A DNA stretch of 64,000 nucleotides from Gammaproteobacteria bacterium (GTDB lineage: Bacteria > Pseudomonadota > Gammaproteobacteria > SZUA-229): contig JAOUKT010000006.1 of the NCBI GenBank assembly GCA_029882395.1, positions 21,915-85,914 of the forward strand, given 5' to 3'. The notes under the pieces are model-generated. The model had not been told where the DNA came from. It worked only from the letters and a program-made list of their open reading frames with translations, and did no database searches. The position numbers and the translations under genes are program-made. The first letter of the stretch is position 1; every line of letters starts with the position of its first letter. Shown here in pieces: positions 35,328-45,509 of the stretch.

Positions 35328-35651
35328 ATGAATCTGGTAAAAGTCATCATAAGCCTGCTCATTGTTTTATTTCTGTATCTGCAGTTTAAGCTTTGGGTCG
35401 GCGATGGTGGTATTCCGGAAGTTATGCACCAGCAGCATGAGATAGATGCGACGGTTGTCAAAAAGAAAAAGCTGGAAGAAAGGAACCGTGCGCTGAGTGC
35501 AGAAGTACACGATTTAAAACAGGGCCTGGAAGCCATAGAAGAACGTGCCCGGAATGAGCTGGGCATGATAAGAAAGCATGAAACCTTTTATCAGGTTATT
35601 AAGCCGGCAGCTAAAAAATCACCTCCGATAGTGTCACCATCTGAAAAGTGA
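35328..35651 (+). CDS. ftsB: Cell division protein FtsB
   Basis: TM helix, LW.GDGG, coiled coil, AIEERARNELGMI. Confidence 0.95.
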   Translation: MNLVKVIISLLIVLFLYLQFKLWVGDGGIPEVMHQQHEIDATVVKKKKLEERNRALSAEVHDLKQGLEAIEERARNELGMIRKHETFYQVIKPAAKKSPPIVSPSEK

Positions 35652-35652
35652 G

Positions 35653-36417
35653 ATGCACGTGACCGATGTAATGAAAAAAAAACCAGAAGATAAAGACTCA
35701 GCTAACTACTGGGCTGTGGTACCTGCTGCGGGTGTGGGTAAGCGCATGGGCAGTGATATCCCAAAACAATACCTGACGCTGGATGATGCGATGGTTATTG
35801 AACACAGTTGCCAGCGTTTGCTTGATCACAAAAATATTAGCGGGCTTGTCGTCGCCTTAGGCGAGCATGATGCGTACTGGCCAGCTGTACAATTAAACAC
35901 GACAAAGCCTGTTATCCGGGTTAAAGGTGGTGCAGAGCGTTGCCATTCGGTGTTAAATGCACTGCAAGAGTTATCGGCAATGTCTGCCAGCGAGGAGATG
36001 GGTGTTGGCAAACATGACTGGGTTCTGGTCCACGATGCCGCCAGGCCTTGTTTGCGCCACAGTGATATTGACTTGTTAATAGCGAGGCTGCATGACCATG
36101 CTGTTGGCGGGCTGTTAGCGCTACCTGTAAGAGATACCATGAAACGTCAGGCGGCGGATCAGACGGTTGCTGAAACGGTCGACCGTAATGGCTTATGGCA
36201 TGCACTGACGCCGCAAATGTTTCCATTGGAGATGTTAAAGCAGGCCATAGATGAAGCCATAAAATCGGGTTATATGATGACCGATGAGTCATCAGCGATT
36301 GAATATATGGGCTTGCAGCCCTTGCTGCTTGAAGGCTCTGAAGATAATATTAAAATTACCCGGCCACCTGATTTAAAGCTGGCAAAAATGTACCTCAGGG
36401 CTCAGAAAAATGAATAA
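35653..36417 (+). CDS. ispD: MEP cytidylyltransferase
   Basis: [30 protein letters not shown]; the start may be the ATG at 35671. Confidence 0.97.
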   Translation: MHVTDVMKKKPEDKDSANYWAVVPAAGVGKRMGSDIPKQYLTLDDAMVIEHSCQRLLDHKNISGLVVALGEHDAYWPAVQLNTTKPVIRVKGGAERCHSVLNALQELSAMSASEEMGVGKHDWVLVHDAARPCLRHSDIDLLIARLHDHAVGGLLALPVRDTMKRQAADQTVAETVDRNGLWHALTPQMFPLEMLKQAIDEAIKSGYMMTDESSAIEYMGLQPLLLEGSEDNIKITRPPDLKLAKMYLRAQKNE

Positions 36418-36904
36418 TGCTCATGCTTTTCGTATCGGTCATGGTTTTGATGTGCATGCCTTTGAGCCTGGAAATCATATTGTTATGGCCGGAGTGAGCA
36501 TACCCTATCAGCAACAATTCAAAGCTCACTCAGATGGCGATGTGTTGCTGCATGCGGTCTGCGATGCCCTTTTAGGGGCGGCTGCATTGGGCGATATTGG
36601 CCAGCATTTTCCGGATACTGATGTCCAGTATAACAACATCGATAGCCGCCAGTTATTGCGTCATGTGATCTCATTACTCACGCAGCATCATTATCAGCTT
36701 GGCAACCTCGATGTCACCATTATTGCCCAGGCACCGAAAATGTCAGCACATATCACTCGGATGAGAAATAATCTGGCCGAGGATTTTGCTGTTCCGGTTG
36801 GGCAAATTAATGTTAAAGCAACCACCACCGAACAACTGGGCTATACCGGCAGAGAAGAGGGTATCTCGGTGCATGCGGTAGCGCTGATTTTTCAGCAAAA
36901 CTAA
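36410..36904 (+). CDS. ispF: MECDP synthase
   Basis: [30 protein letters not shown]. Confidence 0.98.
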   Translation: MNNAHAFRIGHGFDVHAFEPGNHIVMAGVSIPYQQQFKAHSDGDVLLHAVCDALLGAAALGDIGQHFPDTDVQYNNIDSRQLLRHVISLLTQHHYQLGNLDVTIIAQAPKMSAHITRMRNNLAEDFAVPVGQINVKATTTEQLGYTGREEGISVHAVALIFQQN

Positions 36905-36941
36905 CACCGCATCAGCTGATGCCGTTTATACGTCAACGTTC

Positions 36942-37532
36942 ATGATTCTTTATATCCATGGTTTTAACAGTTCAGCTTCATCGCATAAGGCGCGCCTGCT
37001 GTTTACACAGATGAAACGCCTGGGGCTTGAGAATGAGATCATCATTCCCTGCCTGTCTCCTTATCCCGATGATGCGATCTCAGAACTGAAGAAACTGGCA
37101 GAGCAGCAGCTAGCTAATAAACTGGTCTTTATAGGCAGTTCGTTGGGCGGCTATTATGCAACCTGGCTGGCAGAACATTATCAGCGTCCGGCTGTATTAA
37201 TTAATCCCGCAGTAAAGCCTTATGAACTACTACGGGATTATATCGGACACAATGTTAATCATTACACCGGAGAAGAGTATTATCTGGCTACAGAGCATAT
37301 AGCCCAGCTCAGAAGTCTTGATATCGATAAAATAAGCAAGCCTGAACGCTTCATGTTGATGTTGCAAACAGGCGATGAAGTACTCGATTATACACAGGCC
37401 CGTGATAAGTTTGCCGGCTCACAAATGATTCTTGAAACCGGAGGCGATCATGGCTTTGCCGGCTTCGAAAAGCAGTTTGATGCATTGTTAGGTTTTTGCG
37501 GCATTGATCAACCGCTTAAACATTCATATTGA
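36942..37532 (+). CDS. yqiA: YqiA/YcfP-family alpha/beta hydrolase (esterase)
   Basis: YIHGFNSS, GSSLGG, INPAV, GDEVLD, GGDHGF. Confidence 0.88.
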   Translation: MILYIHGFNSSASSHKARLLFTQMKRLGLENEIIIPCLSPYPDDAISELKKLAEQQLANKLVFIGSSLGGYYATWLAEHYQRPAVLINPAVKPYELLRDYIGHNVNHYTGEEYYLATEHIAQLRSLDIDKISKPERFMLMLQTGDEVLDYTQARDKFAGSQMILETGGDHGFAGFEKQFDALLGFCGIDQPLKHSY

Positions 37533-37574
37533 ATTAATGATATGACTGGCATTATCATACAAATGACAGGCTTA

Positions 37575-37603
37575 TTAGCCAATGCATTAGCAAATGTTAT
37601 AAT
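37575..37603 (+). promoter_or_regulatory. Putative sigma70 promoter for yajD-nagZ-mscS-dsrE-hpt
   Basis: TTAGCC-N17-TATAAT with a perfect extended TG (TGTTATAAT at 37595-37603). Confidence 0.6.
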
Positions 37604-37631
37604 AAGCCGCAACGCTAAAAAGGTAATTTGA

Positions 37632-38021
37632 ATGCCCGTTAAAAAAACATCCATTAATAAAGACAAACTGGACAAGGTTGTTGCTGAAGCGCTTAAAAAC
37701 AGGAAAAGCCGGGAACAAGACTATCGTGCCAAAGCATTAAAGATGTATGCCTGGATTTGTGGCCGCTGTGAACGTGAGTTTAACCGCCAGAACCTTGTTG
37801 AATTAACCGTGCATCACCGCAATCACGATCATGATGATAACCCTGAGGATGGCAGCAACTGGGAGCTATTATGTACATATTGTCACGATAACGAACACTC
37901 CCGTTTTGCTGATCTGGTCAGAGGTGATGGTTATAGTCTTCATCAGGACACACCGGTAGAAGTGGCCACGGGTAACCCATTTGCTGATTTAAAAGCAATG
38001 ATGAACAATAAAAATAAATAA
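37632..38021 (+). CDS. yajD: YajD-family HNH nuclease
   Basis: CGRC, LTVHH, NPEDGSNWELLCTYCHDNEH, C-terminal NPFADLKAM. Confidence 0.9.
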   Translation: MPVKKTSINKDKLDKVVAEALKNRKSREQDYRAKALKMYAWICGRCEREFNRQNLVELTVHHRNHDHDDNPEDGSNWELLCTYCHDNEHSRFADLVRGDGYSLHQDTPVEVATGNPFADLKAMMNNKNK

Positions 38022-38031
38022 CAGGTATTTT

Positions 38032-39078
38032 ATGACGCTTGGCCCAGTAATGATTGACTTAGCCGGTACAGAAATAACGCCAGCTGAAAGAGACATGCTT
38101 TTACACCCCAATACAGGCGGTGTCATTCTTTTCACCAGAAACTTTGAGTCGATAGAGCAGATTGAGTCGCTGACAGCAGAAATACATCAGCTGCGTGAGC
38201 CACATTTATTAATCGCGGTTGATCATGAAGGCGGGCGGGTGCAGCGTTTTCGAGAGGGTTTTACCCGATTGCCGGCGATGGCTGCTTTGGGCCATATCTA
38301 TCATCAGGATAAACAGAAAGCACGCATTTTGGCAGAAAAAACCGGCTGGCTAATGGCCGCTGAATGCTTGTCAGTCGGTATTGATTTTAGTTTTGCGCCG
38401 GTACTGGATCTTGGCCATGGTGTCAGCGGCGTTATTGGTGATCGTGCTTTTGATTCTTCGGTCGATATCATCTCAACGCTGGCGCACGAATTCATGCTGG
38501 GAATGAAGAGAGCCGGCATGGCCGCCACCGGAAAACATTTTCCCGGCCATGGTTCAGTTAAAGAAGACTCGCATGTGGCTCACCCGGTTGATCATCGTTC
38601 ACTGGCAGATATCATGATGGAAGATGCCGTTCCCTTCGAGCGCATGATCGGTTATGGCCTGGCCGCGATTATGCCGGCCCATGTTATCTACCCCCAGGTC
38701 GATGACAAAGCCGCGGGCTATTCACAGCGCTGGGTACAGCAGATTTTACGCCAGCAGCTGGGTTTTGAGGGTGTTGTTTTCAGTGATGACCTGAGCATGG
38801 AAGCGGCAGCCCCGGCCGGCAGTTATGTAGACAGAGCGAAACAGGCACTGAATGCTGGCTGTGATATGGTATTGGTGTGCAATCACACTCAAGAAGCTAA
38901 AGAAGTGCTCGAAGGTATCGGTGACTATAACAATATGGCCTCGGCGATAAGGCTTGTACGTATGCATGGTCATGTAAAGTTCAAGCGCCATGAATTACAA
39001 AATACGCAGGAGTGGCAGCATACTGTGGAACTAATCAAACCATTGGCCGATTCCCCTGAACGGGAACTGGGTGTATAA
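38032..39078 (+). CDS. nagZ: Beta-N-acetylhexosaminidase (GH3)
   Basis: VDHEGGRVQR, KHFPGHG..EDSH, FSDDLSM. Confidence 0.96.
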   Translation: MTLGPVMIDLAGTEITPAERDMLLHPNTGGVILFTRNFESIEQIESLTAEIHQLREPHLLIAVDHEGGRVQRFREGFTRLPAMAALGHIYHQDKQKARILAEKTGWLMAAECLSVGIDFSFAPVLDLGHGVSGVIGDRAFDSSVDIISTLAHEFMLGMKRAGMAATGKHFPGHGSVKEDSHVAHPVDHRSLADIMMEDAVPFERMIGYGLAAIMPAHVIYPQVDDKAAGYSQRWVQQILRQQLGFEGVVFSDDLSMEAAAPAGSYVDRAKQALNAGCDMVLVCNHTQEAKEVLEGIGDYNNMASAIRLVRMHGHVKFKRHELQNTQEWQHTVELIKPLADSPERELGV

Positions 39079-39081
39079 AAA

Positions 39082-40179
39082 ATGAATGAGTTATGGAGTA
39101 ATGTCTTATCCTGGACGGTTACAAAAGACACCTGGGTGATATATGTTTTTGTGATTGTTTTGGTGACATTAACGACCAACTTTCTACAGAAACGTTTTCT
39201 AAATAAACTGCACCTGCGGCTGCTGAAAACCAATAACCCGTGGGATGATGCCTTCCTGTTGGCAGCACAAAAGCCTTTAAGCTGGATGATATGGCTGCTG
39301 GGTTTGATTCTTGCTGTTGATGTTATTCAATATGAGAATAAAGCCCCTATCTTTGAGTTAGTTGAACCGATGCAATATGTCGGAGTGATTTTAATCCTGA
39401 CACTATTTCTGCTTAGGCTGACCCGGCAGGTTGAAGCGGTATTCAAACGCAGCGAAGACGAGCAGGGAAAAAATAAATATGAAACCGCGACTGTCGAAGC
39501 GGTGAGTAAATTATTACGGGCCTCAGCCATTATTACCGGCAGTCTGGTTGCTCTGCAAACACTTGGCTTCAGTATTTCCGGCGTACTTGCCTTTGGCGGC
39601 ATCGGTGGTGTGGCTATCGGTTTTGCGGCCAAGGACTTACTGGCTAATTTTTTTGGCGGCCTGATTATTTATCTTGATAGGCCCTTTACAATCGGCGACT
39701 GGATTCGCTCTAATGACCGCAACATTGAAGGCACGGTTGAAAATATTGGCTGGCGTCTTACAACCATAAGAACCTTTGACAAAAGGCCGCTCTATGTACC
39801 TAATTCTATTTTCTCAAATATTGCGGTAGAAAATCCGTCGAGAATGTCTAATCGTCGCATCTATGAGACAGTCGGAATCCGCTACGATGATGCGAAAAGA
39901 ATGCCGCTCATTATTGATGATGTCAGAAAAATGCTTGAGCAGCACAGCGAGATCGATAATACACAAACCTTAATTGTAAATTTTAACCAGTTCGCACCCT
40001 CGTCGCTGGATTTTTTCATTTACACCTTTACTAAAACCACGGAATGGGTGCGTTTTCACCAGATTAAACAGGATGTGCTGTTAAAAATACTTGAAATTGT
40101 TGAGCACCGCGGTGCGGAAGTGGCTTTCCCGACCTCAACCATTCATCTGGACACACAAAACACAGAGCCAATGCTGTAA
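39082..40179 (+). CDS. MscS-family mechanosensitive channel (YnaI-like)
   Basis: Several TM helices, AIGFAAKDLLANFFGG, DRPF.IGDWI, GTVE.IGWR, AFPT. Confidence 0.92.
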   Translation: MNELWSNVLSWTVTKDTWVIYVFVIVLVTLTTNFLQKRFLNKLHLRLLKTNNPWDDAFLLAAQKPLSWMIWLLGLILAVDVIQYENKAPIFELVEPMQYVGVILILTLFLLRLTRQVEAVFKRSEDEQGKNKYETATVEAVSKLLRASAIITGSLVALQTLGFSISGVLAFGGIGGVAIGFAAKDLLANFFGGLIIYLDRPFTIGDWIRSNDRNIEGTVENIGWRLTTIRTFDKRPLYVPNSIFSNIAVENPSRMSNRRIYETVGIRYDDAKRMPLIIDDVRKMLEQHSEIDNTQTLIVNFNQFAPSSLDFFIYTFTKTTEWVRFHQIKQDVLLKILEIVEHRGAEVAFPTSTIHLDTQNTEPML

Positions 40180-40205
40180 ATAATAATGATAACCGGAGAA
40201 CTGCT

Positions 40206-40574
40206 ATGGCGGATAAACTGATTCTTGTGCTCGTAAATACCAACCCGGCCAATCCTATGGAGTTAGGCCCGCCGTTTTTTCAGGCTACGGTGGCTGCTGC
40301 TATGGAATACGATGTGGAAGTGATTTTCACTGGTCGAACCTGTGAACTCGCACTAAACGGGTTTTCTGAAAAAATAATTATTCCCGGGCAAAAGGAAAAA
40401 ACACTTTACGACATTATTAAAGATGCTCATGCCGCCGGCGTTTCGTTCAAAGTCTGTACGCCCACGCTGGAAATATGGGGCAATGATTTCATTAAAGAAG
40501 TGGATGAAACAGTTGGCGGCGCCTATGTAATCGGTGAAGCAATGGATGATTCTACCGTAACCTTTACCTATTAA
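40206..40574 (+). CDS. DsrE/DsrF-like family protein
   Basis: PFFQATVAAAM, VEVIFTG, AGVSFKVC with the conserved Cys; 122 aa. Confidence 0.8.
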   Translation: MADKLILVLVNTNPANPMELGPPFFQATVAAAMEYDVEVIFTGRTCELALNGFSEKIIIPGQKEKTLYDIIKDAHAAGVSFKVCTPTLEIWGNDFIKEVDETVGGAYVIGEAMDDSTVTFTY

Positions 40575-40593
40575 GTCGGGCCTTTCTGAATTT

Positions 40594-41148
40594 ATGCTTT
40601 TAAATGAATTAAACAAATGTCTGCGTCAGGCCGAACTTGTTTTCAGTGACGCTCAAATTAAACAGGCACTCGCTGAGCAAGCCAGAAAAATTAACCTTTT
40701 TCTGCAGACGATAGCCGAAGATAGTGAGGCGCCTGTTATGCTGCCTGTCATGAACGGGGGCTTGATCTATGCCGGCCAGTTATTGCCATTAATTACAACA
40801 CCAGTCGTTATTGATTATATTCATGCTACCCGTTACAGAAATACAACCGCTGGTTTTGAACTGGAGTGGAAGGTCTATCCGCAGACTGATCTGAAAAATA
40901 AAGTCGTCATTGTGCTGGATGATATTCTGGATGAGGGGCATACGCTAGATGCTATTGTGAACTTTTGTAAGGAGCAGGGTGCTGCCAGCGTTCGTTCATC
41001 TGTTTTGGTTACCAAGCAGCACACTCGGCGGAATAAGAATATTGTAGCGGATTTTAGTGCTCTGGATGTGCCTGACCGTTATGTATTTGGATACGGTATG
41101 GATTATAAAGGCCATTTAAGAAACCTCAATGGCATCTATTCTATCTGA
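40594..41148 (+). CDS. hpt: Hypoxanthine-guanine phosphoribosyltransferase
   Basis: PRPP motif VLDDILDEGHT, ATRY, YVFGYGMDY. Confidence 0.92.
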   Translation: MLLNELNKCLRQAELVFSDAQIKQALAEQARKINLFLQTIAEDSEAPVMLPVMNGGLIYAGQLLPLITTPVVIDYIHATRYRNTTAGFELEWKVYPQTDLKNKVVIVLDDILDEGHTLDAIVNFCKEQGAASVRSSVLVTKQHTRRNKNIVADFSALDVPDRYVFGYGMDYKGHLRNLNGIYSI

Positions 41149-41152
41149 CGGC

Positions 41153-42151
41153 TTATTTTATTTTCAGCTTTTTTATTTCTTCTGAATTTGTCGTATTAAC
41201 AAAAACTGTGCCGTTATTTACCAGTGGGATTCTGCTGAGTTTATCAAGATTGCCATCATGGATTAAATTATCGAGATGGCACATGTTTGTCTCCAGGGTG
41301 TCAATATAATGATTGCTATCACCAAAGTGCTGTTCGGCATACTGATAAACGCCGTTAAACAGGTCATTGAGCCGGCTGTTTATTTCCAGATGATAAAATG
41401 CGGGCGTCTTCTCAAGTAAATTGTTGCCGGATGAGTACAGTAAGGTCGTAGTGCCGTCATCCTGACGTGTTTCGGCGACATTTCCAAGCACAAATTCGGG
41501 GTAAAGTCGGTCGCGACATTTTTCCAGATAACAGCGATCAGACATTTGTGCAATTAAGTCGGCGGAGCCGAGCATGTGACCAATAGTATGAAGTTTTTTG
41601 TCGGGTAATTTAATATCTGAAGGCTTAATTTCGTAGCCGGTATAGTGAACTATGTTCTTTGCAATATCAACGTAGCCATTCAGGCCTATCATGGGCAGGT
41701 AGTTTGATAAAAACCGGGCGCTTCTTGTAATATGGACTTTAGTATAAACAGAGCCATTAATCGTCGGGTCGTCCGTTTCGCGAATATAACCGGAATCATG
41801 GTAGAGTGCAGTGATCAGGCCGATGACAACATAGTCTGCACTGAGTTGATCTTCTTTTTTATGCAGCTGTTGATAGCCTTCAATCAGGCGAGCAAGCGCT
41901 AAGGTCATATCAAGCGTATGTTGCTTGTCATGGTAAAAGGTATCACAGGCCTGGTAGCCTTCAAACTCACCTTCAAACAGTCTTTCAAAGTCTTCAAAGC
42001 TTTGCTGTACCGGTGAGAATTTCTCTGCTGCATAAAGGCTGCAAAAAATTTCGCGCACGCTTAAACAGACACTGTTTGCCGATGTCACTTTGACGCTGTT
42101 GGTAACATCGTAGTCTTTGCGCCGTTTTTCCTGAAGCATATCTGTCATCAC
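41153..42151 (-). CDS. HD-superfamily metal-dependent phosphohydrolase (class I PDE-like motifs)
   Basis: YHDKQH, ALYHDSGY, H..RS, SADL, LYPEF. Confidence 0.8.
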   Translation of the reverse strand: MMTDMLQEKRRKDYDVTNSVKVTSANSVCLSVREIFCSLYAAEKFSPVQQSFEDFERLFEGEFEGYQACDTFYHDKQHTLDMTLALARLIEGYQQLHKKEDQLSADYVVIGLITALYHDSGYIRETDDPTINGSVYTKVHITRSARFLSNYLPMIGLNGYVDIAKNIVHYTGYEIKPSDIKLPDKKLHTIGHMLGSADLIAQMSDRCYLEKCRDRLYPEFVLGNVAETRQDDGTTTLLYSSGNNLLEKTPAFYHLEINSRLNDLFNGVYQYAEQHFGDSNHYIDTLETNMCHLDNLIHDGNLDKLSRIPLVNNGTVFVNTTNSEEIKKLKIK

Positions 42152-42252
42152 GTTGTTATTGGCCTGAATTATATTTATAGCATAAAGTTAGCTGACAGCA
42201 AGCCAGAAGCGCCTGAGAGAACAGTTTGTGACCCTTCTTTCCCGGCTTATAA

Positions 42253-44463
42253 TTATTTACTGGTGTGGGTAAAAGCACCGTCCCAGTTCTGCTTCGGAGG
42301 GTTGTCCGTATATACCTGAATTCTATCGAGGTATATTTGATAGATTGCTCGCTCAGGGTGCTGTTGTGTCAGTGCTGTAAATAACTGATCGGCCAGTGTC
42401 CATTGCTGGGACAGAAAGCTATCTATTGCTTGCCGGTGCTGTTTTAACTCTGAGAATGTTTCTGCTGAGATTTCCGTGTTTAAGCCCAGTGGTTCATAGA
42501 TGGTCACAGGCTGGTCTTTGCCTTTGACCCTGACCTTATCCAGAAAACGGTATTCAAATTCAGGTACCAGGTCTTTGGTGTATTCACTGACGATGATATC
42601 AACGCCATAGTTCTTTGTCAGGCCTTCAAGTCTGGAGCCAAGGTTGACGGTATCACCGAGCACCGTATACGCCATACGAAACTCTGAGCCCATATTGCCA
42701 ACATTCATTGGTCCACTGTTAATACCGACACCAATTTTAATTTCAGGCCAGTTCTTTTCCCTGAATGATGCGCTCAGCGTCTTCATTTCTTCGATCATCT
42801 CCATGCCGGCGATGAGCGTGTGTCGGGCGTGTTCTTCATCTGTTAACGGTGCGCCCCAGAAGGCCATAATGGCATCACCCATGTATTTATCAATAGTGCC
42901 GCGATTCTGATGAATAATGCGGGTCATCGGCGTCAGAAAGCCATTAATAAACCGTGTCAGTTCTTTAGGGTTGAGGTTTTCAGAAATGGTAGTGAAGCTA
43001 CGCACATCACTAAAAAGCACTGACATTTCGCGTGTTTCACCGTCTAGTGATAGTTCTTCAGGATAATGACTCAGTTCATCGACCAGTTCTGGCGGTACAT
43101 ACTGGCCAAATAAACGGGTAATCTGTCTTTTGTTATGTGATTCGGCAAAAAAGCCATAAGACATATGAAAACCAAACAGAGCAATGACTAATAACAGGGA
43201 ATTGGTGAGAGGCAGTACCAGATTTAATGATTGCCATGCATACAGGTTGCCCGCTATTAAAAGCGCAATTATGATCAAGGCCGTGAGACTGGTATAAAAG
43301 GGGGACAGTCTGGGGAAAATAAGAGATAAAAAGATGCCTAAAGCTAATAAAAGCAAAAACTCCAGTGCAAAAGTATACGAGGCTTGCTGCTTTATTCGGT
43401 TTTCAATCATGCCAGAGATTATATTGGCATGCACTTCTACTCCGGGGTAACCGGTTTCTAAAGGTGTTGTTCTTAAATCTTTTAAGCCAGCTGCAGAAGT
43501 ACCGAAAATGACAATCGCATCTTTGAGCGTTTCTATAGGCGCTGTTTTTTGCAACACATCAAAAGCAGAAATATAAGGAAAGCTTTTCCAGTAGCCTCGA
43601 TAAGGCACCAGAATATTTGTTTCCTGGTCGACCGGGATTACATAGTCGCCGACTTTAATAGCGTCAATTAAGACTTCTTCATCGTCACTGGCCTCAGCCT
43701 GAATCTGAATTGCGGGTGAGCCGATGGCGGCGCGAAACAGACCAAAAGCGAGAGACTCATAAATTTTTCCCTGATGCTGTTGCAACAGTGGCACGCGCCG
43801 GAAAACCCCGTCGTTATCATAGGCTATGCTCGGGTTATCAATAAAGCCACCAGAAAAGGCCTGGTTTTGTAATACGGGTAAATTAGCAACATAAGCTTTC
43901 TGCTCTATCAGGCGCAGTTTATTTTGCCGTTGCGGCGGCAGATGCAGTGCCGGTTGAGGCAGGCTTGTTGTTGATGGGTTATTTTCATCAATGAACGCAA
44001 AGCCAAGAATTGTTTTACGGTCTTTTAAGCTGTTCGAAAAGGCTTTGTCGTGATCCAGAGTAGGTAATATTTTATTGTATTGCTGGAGAAACTGTTTGTT
44101 TTGTTTTAACGGCCCGCTCGCCAGTTGGCTAAATACTTTGAGGCTGCTATCAACATCAGCTTCTGCGAAGATAATATCAAAACCGAGCGTATTAATTTTA
44201 TAATGTTCAAACAAAGTATCAACGATATTGGCCAGTATATTTCTATCCCAGGGCCATTGACCCAGCTGGGCCAGACTTTTTTCATCGATATCAAGTATCA
44301 CTACGTTGCTGTCAACCGTATACGGAGCGGTGTATTTTAAGCGGGCATCGTATGTGAAATTTTCGATTCGATCGAATAATGGCAGGTTAAACTCACCGAT
44401 TGGTTGAGCTAAAAAAAGCAGGATAATCGATGCGCTGAGAAGGGATCTAATATTTTTTTGCAT
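42253..44463 (-). CDS. CHASE2-domain class III adenylate cyclase
   Basis: CHASE2 (IDEKSL..LGQWPW.R, GFDIIFAE, DGVFRR, GVEVHAN), 3 TM helices, cyclase motifs FSDVRSFT, DKYMGDAIMA, YTVLGDTVNLGSRLEG, VKGK. Confidence 0.93.
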   Translation of the reverse strand: MQKNIRSLLSASIILLFLAQPIGEFNLPLFDRIENFTYDARLKYTAPYTVDSNVVILDIDEKSLAQLGQWPWDRNILANIVDTLFEHYKINTLGFDIIFAEADVDSSLKVFSQLASGPLKQNKQFLQQYNKILPTLDHDKAFSNSLKDRKTILGFAFIDENNPSTTSLPQPALHLPPQRQNKLRLIEQKAYVANLPVLQNQAFSGGFIDNPSIAYDNDGVFRRVPLLQQHQGKIYESLAFGLFRAAIGSPAIQIQAEASDDEEVLIDAIKVGDYVIPVDQETNILVPYRGYWKSFPYISAFDVLQKTAPIETLKDAIVIFGTSAAGLKDLRTTPLETGYPGVEVHANIISGMIENRIKQQASYTFALEFLLLLALGIFLSLIFPRLSPFYTSLTALIIIALLIAGNLYAWQSLNLVLPLTNSLLLVIALFGFHMSYGFFAESHNKRQITRLFGQYVPPELVDELSHYPEELSLDGETREMSVLFSDVRSFTTISENLNPKELTRFINGFLTPMTRIIHQNRGTIDKYMGDAIMAFWGAPLTDEEHARHTLIAGMEMIEEMKTLSASFREKNWPEIKIGVGINSGPMNVGNMGSEFRMAYTVLGDTVNLGSRLEGLTKNYGVDIIVSEYTKDLVPEFEYRFLDKVRVKGKDQPVTIYEPLGLNTEISAETFSELKQHRQAIDSFLSQQWTLADQLFTALTQQHPERAIYQIYLDRIQVYTDNPPKQNWDGAFTHTSK

Positions 44464-44687
44464 AATCCTTATTTGATCTATCCTGTTGATTTGTTATTAA
44501 TTATCATTAAAACCATAGCAAAATTATCATCAAAACGCCAAATATTAACGGCTATTTAGTCCTAATAGGCCATAAATAATGAATTTGATGTGAAATGTTA
44601 TTGTTTCGATCAATTTTCTGCATTAATATCCCATTTTATCTAATCAGTCCTGATTATTTTCCGTACACAATTGAAATTATGGTGCTT

Positions 44688-45434
44688 ATGTCTCAGCCGA
44701 TTTACCTTGGTATTAATATTGACCACGTTGCAACCCTAAGGCAGGCCAGGGGCACAGCTTACCCAGATCCTGTGCATGCGGCATTACAGGCTGAAATGGC
44801 CGGAGCCGATAGCATTACCATGCATTTACGCGAAGACAGGCGTCATATTCAGGACGCTGATGTCTATCGTATGAAATCGGCTATCCAGACAAAACTGAAC
44901 CTTGAAATGGCCGTCACAGATGAAATGATAGCGATTGCTTCAAAGGTGCAGCCTGAGGATTGTTGCCTGGTACCTGAAAAAAGACAGGAGTTGACCACAG
45001 AAGGCGGACTTGATGTGCTGGCTCAGGAAGAAAAAATAAAAGCGGCCTGCGCTCAGTTAGCTGCAGCGGGTATTCGTGTCTCGCTGTTTATAGATGCCGA
45101 CAAATCACAGGTTGATGCGGCAAAAAGATGCGCGGCTCCAGTGATAGAAATTCACACCGGGCATTATGCAGAAATCGACAATGCAGAATTAAAGAAAAAA
45201 GAACTGCAAAGAATAAGAACTATTTCTGAATATGCAAACGCCATTGGTCTTCAGGTCAACGCCGGCCATGGTTTAACGGTTCACAATGTGGGCGAGATTG
45301 CAGCCATAACTGAAATTGTAGAATTAAATATCGGCCATGCCATTATTTCTGATGCCGTGTTCATGGGCATGCCTGAAGCGATCAGGCTGATGCGATCTAA
45401 AATGATGGAGAGAAGGCAGTGTTCTGTCTGTTAG
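44688..45434 (+). CDS. pdxJ: Pyridoxine 5'-phosphate synthase
   Basis: [45 protein letters not shown]; probable ATG at 44688. Confidence 0.98.
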   Translation: MSQPIYLGINIDHVATLRQARGTAYPDPVHAALQAEMAGADSITMHLREDRRHIQDADVYRMKSAIQTKLNLEMAVTDEMIAIASKVQPEDCCLVPEKRQELTTEGGLDVLAQEEKIKAACAQLAAAGIRVSLFIDADKSQVDAAKRCAAPVIEIHTGHYAEIDNAELKKKELQRIRTISEYANAIGLQVNAGHGLTVHNVGEIAAITEIVELNIGHAIISDAVFMGMPEAIRLMRSKMMERRQCSVC

Positions 45435-45509
45435 AGTCTAAAATAACGCTTTTTGTCAGTTAAGGATTATATTCGTCGGTATTGTTTAGCCGGGTTTTCA
45501 ATCGATAGA

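Noticed and set aside
37632..38021. HNH nuclease as a mobile or defence element
   Set aside because: Matches the chromosomal YajD family; no methylase, intron, repeats or integrase nearby.
41153..44463. Cyclase + HD pair as a Pycsar/CBASS-like antiphage system
   Set aside because: The cyclase is a CHASE2 membrane receptor with ATP-specifying residues, there is no cNMP-binding effector, and the context is core chromosome.
44493..44511. Fur-box-like sequence upstream of the CHASE2 cyclase
   Set aside because: Only 13-14 of 19 matches in a very AT-rich spacer, which is expected by chance, and there is no iron-related context.
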